NCBI GenBank assembly: GCA_963771175.1
Contig: CAVYSY010000032.1
Coordinates: 384,001-448,000, forward strand
DNA length: 64,000 bases
From: an uncultured delta proteobacterium
GTDB lineage: Bacteria; Myxococcota; Myxococcia; Myxococcales; Myxococcaceae
Reading direction: 5' to 3'
In this document: piece by piece, positions 63,458 through 64,000 of the stretch
Position numbering within the stretch: position 1 is the stretch's first letter
Layout: every line of letters begins with the position of its first letter
Notes under the pieces: generated by a model
Told to the model about the DNA's origin: nothing
What the model saw: the letters and a program-made list of their open reading frames with translations, nothing else
Database searches by the model: none
Made by a program: the position numbers and the translations under genes

Positions 63458-64000
63458 GTGAGGCGCTGGAATGGTTGGGGACACGCCGCCGTCAGCCACC
63501 CGCTGCCGGACTCGGCCGCCGCCGTCCTGGCGGAGCGGGTGGGCGCGGGCACTCCGCCCCGTGATGCCACGCTGAACGAAGTGCTGGCCTCGGTGCCTCC
63601 CTCCCGGCTGCCACCCCACCCGCTCGTCTCCACCGAGCCAGAGGTCCGCCTGCGCCATGCGCGCGGGCAGAGCTTCCCCGACCTCGTCGTCCTGCGCGGT
63701 GGGCGCGTGCCGGCCTTCCCCGACGGTGTCGCCCTTCCCCGTAGCTCCGAGGAGGTGCGCACTCTCTTCGACTACGCGCGCGAGGCGGGCGCCCGCATCA
63801 TCCCGTACGGCGGAGGCACCAGCGTCGTCGGCCACGTCAACGTCGAGCCCGGTGATGCCCCCATCCTCACCGTCTCCCTGGAGCGCCTCCATCAACTCCA
63901 CTCGCTCTCCGAGGAGGATCGGCTGGCCACCTTCGGCGCCGGCGTGAGTGGCCCCCGGCTCGAAGAAACGCTGAATGCGCGCGGCTACACGCTCGGGCAC
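63458..64000 (+). CDS. FAD-binding oxidase, alkyl-DHAP-synthase-like (truncated by the window end; absent from the ORF track)
   Basis: Own translation from GTG 63458 gives MRRWNGWG...HARGQSFPD...PDGVA.P...IPYGGGTSVVGH. Confidence 0.85.
   Translation, partial: MRRWNGWGHAAVSHPLPDSAAAVLAERVGAGTPPRDATLNEVLASVPPSRLPPHPLVSTEPEVRLRHARGQSFPDLVVLRGGRVPAFPDGVALPRSSEEVRTLFDYAREAGARIIPYGGGTSVVGHVNVEPGDAPILTVSLERLHQLHSLSEEDRLATFGAGVSGPRLEETLNARGYTLGH

Overview
High-GC myxobacterial chromosome segment (Myxococcales, Archangium/Cystobacter-like gene content) with about 50 genes. No rRNA, tRNA, CRISPR array, IS or phage genes were seen. Core genes include gshA, an S41 protease, ruvX-mltG, prkA-yeaH-spoVR, glgP and dnaE. 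Many ORFs, most densely at about 13.8-28.5 kb, are broken by single-base indels that look like assembly errors, so genes were reconstructed across frames by eye. The best leads are: (1) an orphan two-gene operon encoding a SycD-like TPR chaperone and a protein with an HrpF/HrpK-like middle and a needle (SctF/PrgI)-like C-terminus; (2) a cluster of a PhaR-type regulator, ParA, a phasin-like protein and a complementary-degenerate ArsA/Get3 pair, a candidate storage-granule positioning system; (3) a DUF6875-IDO operon with an operator over its -10, next to a GST/PepE/LLM/GATase module; (4) a PhcB-like methyltransferase; (5) an orphan FixL-type heme-PAS kinase; (6) a ~1900-aa Ig/FN3/lamin-tail surface lipoprotein with palindromes upstream. 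All family calls come from motif recognition, not from database searches.
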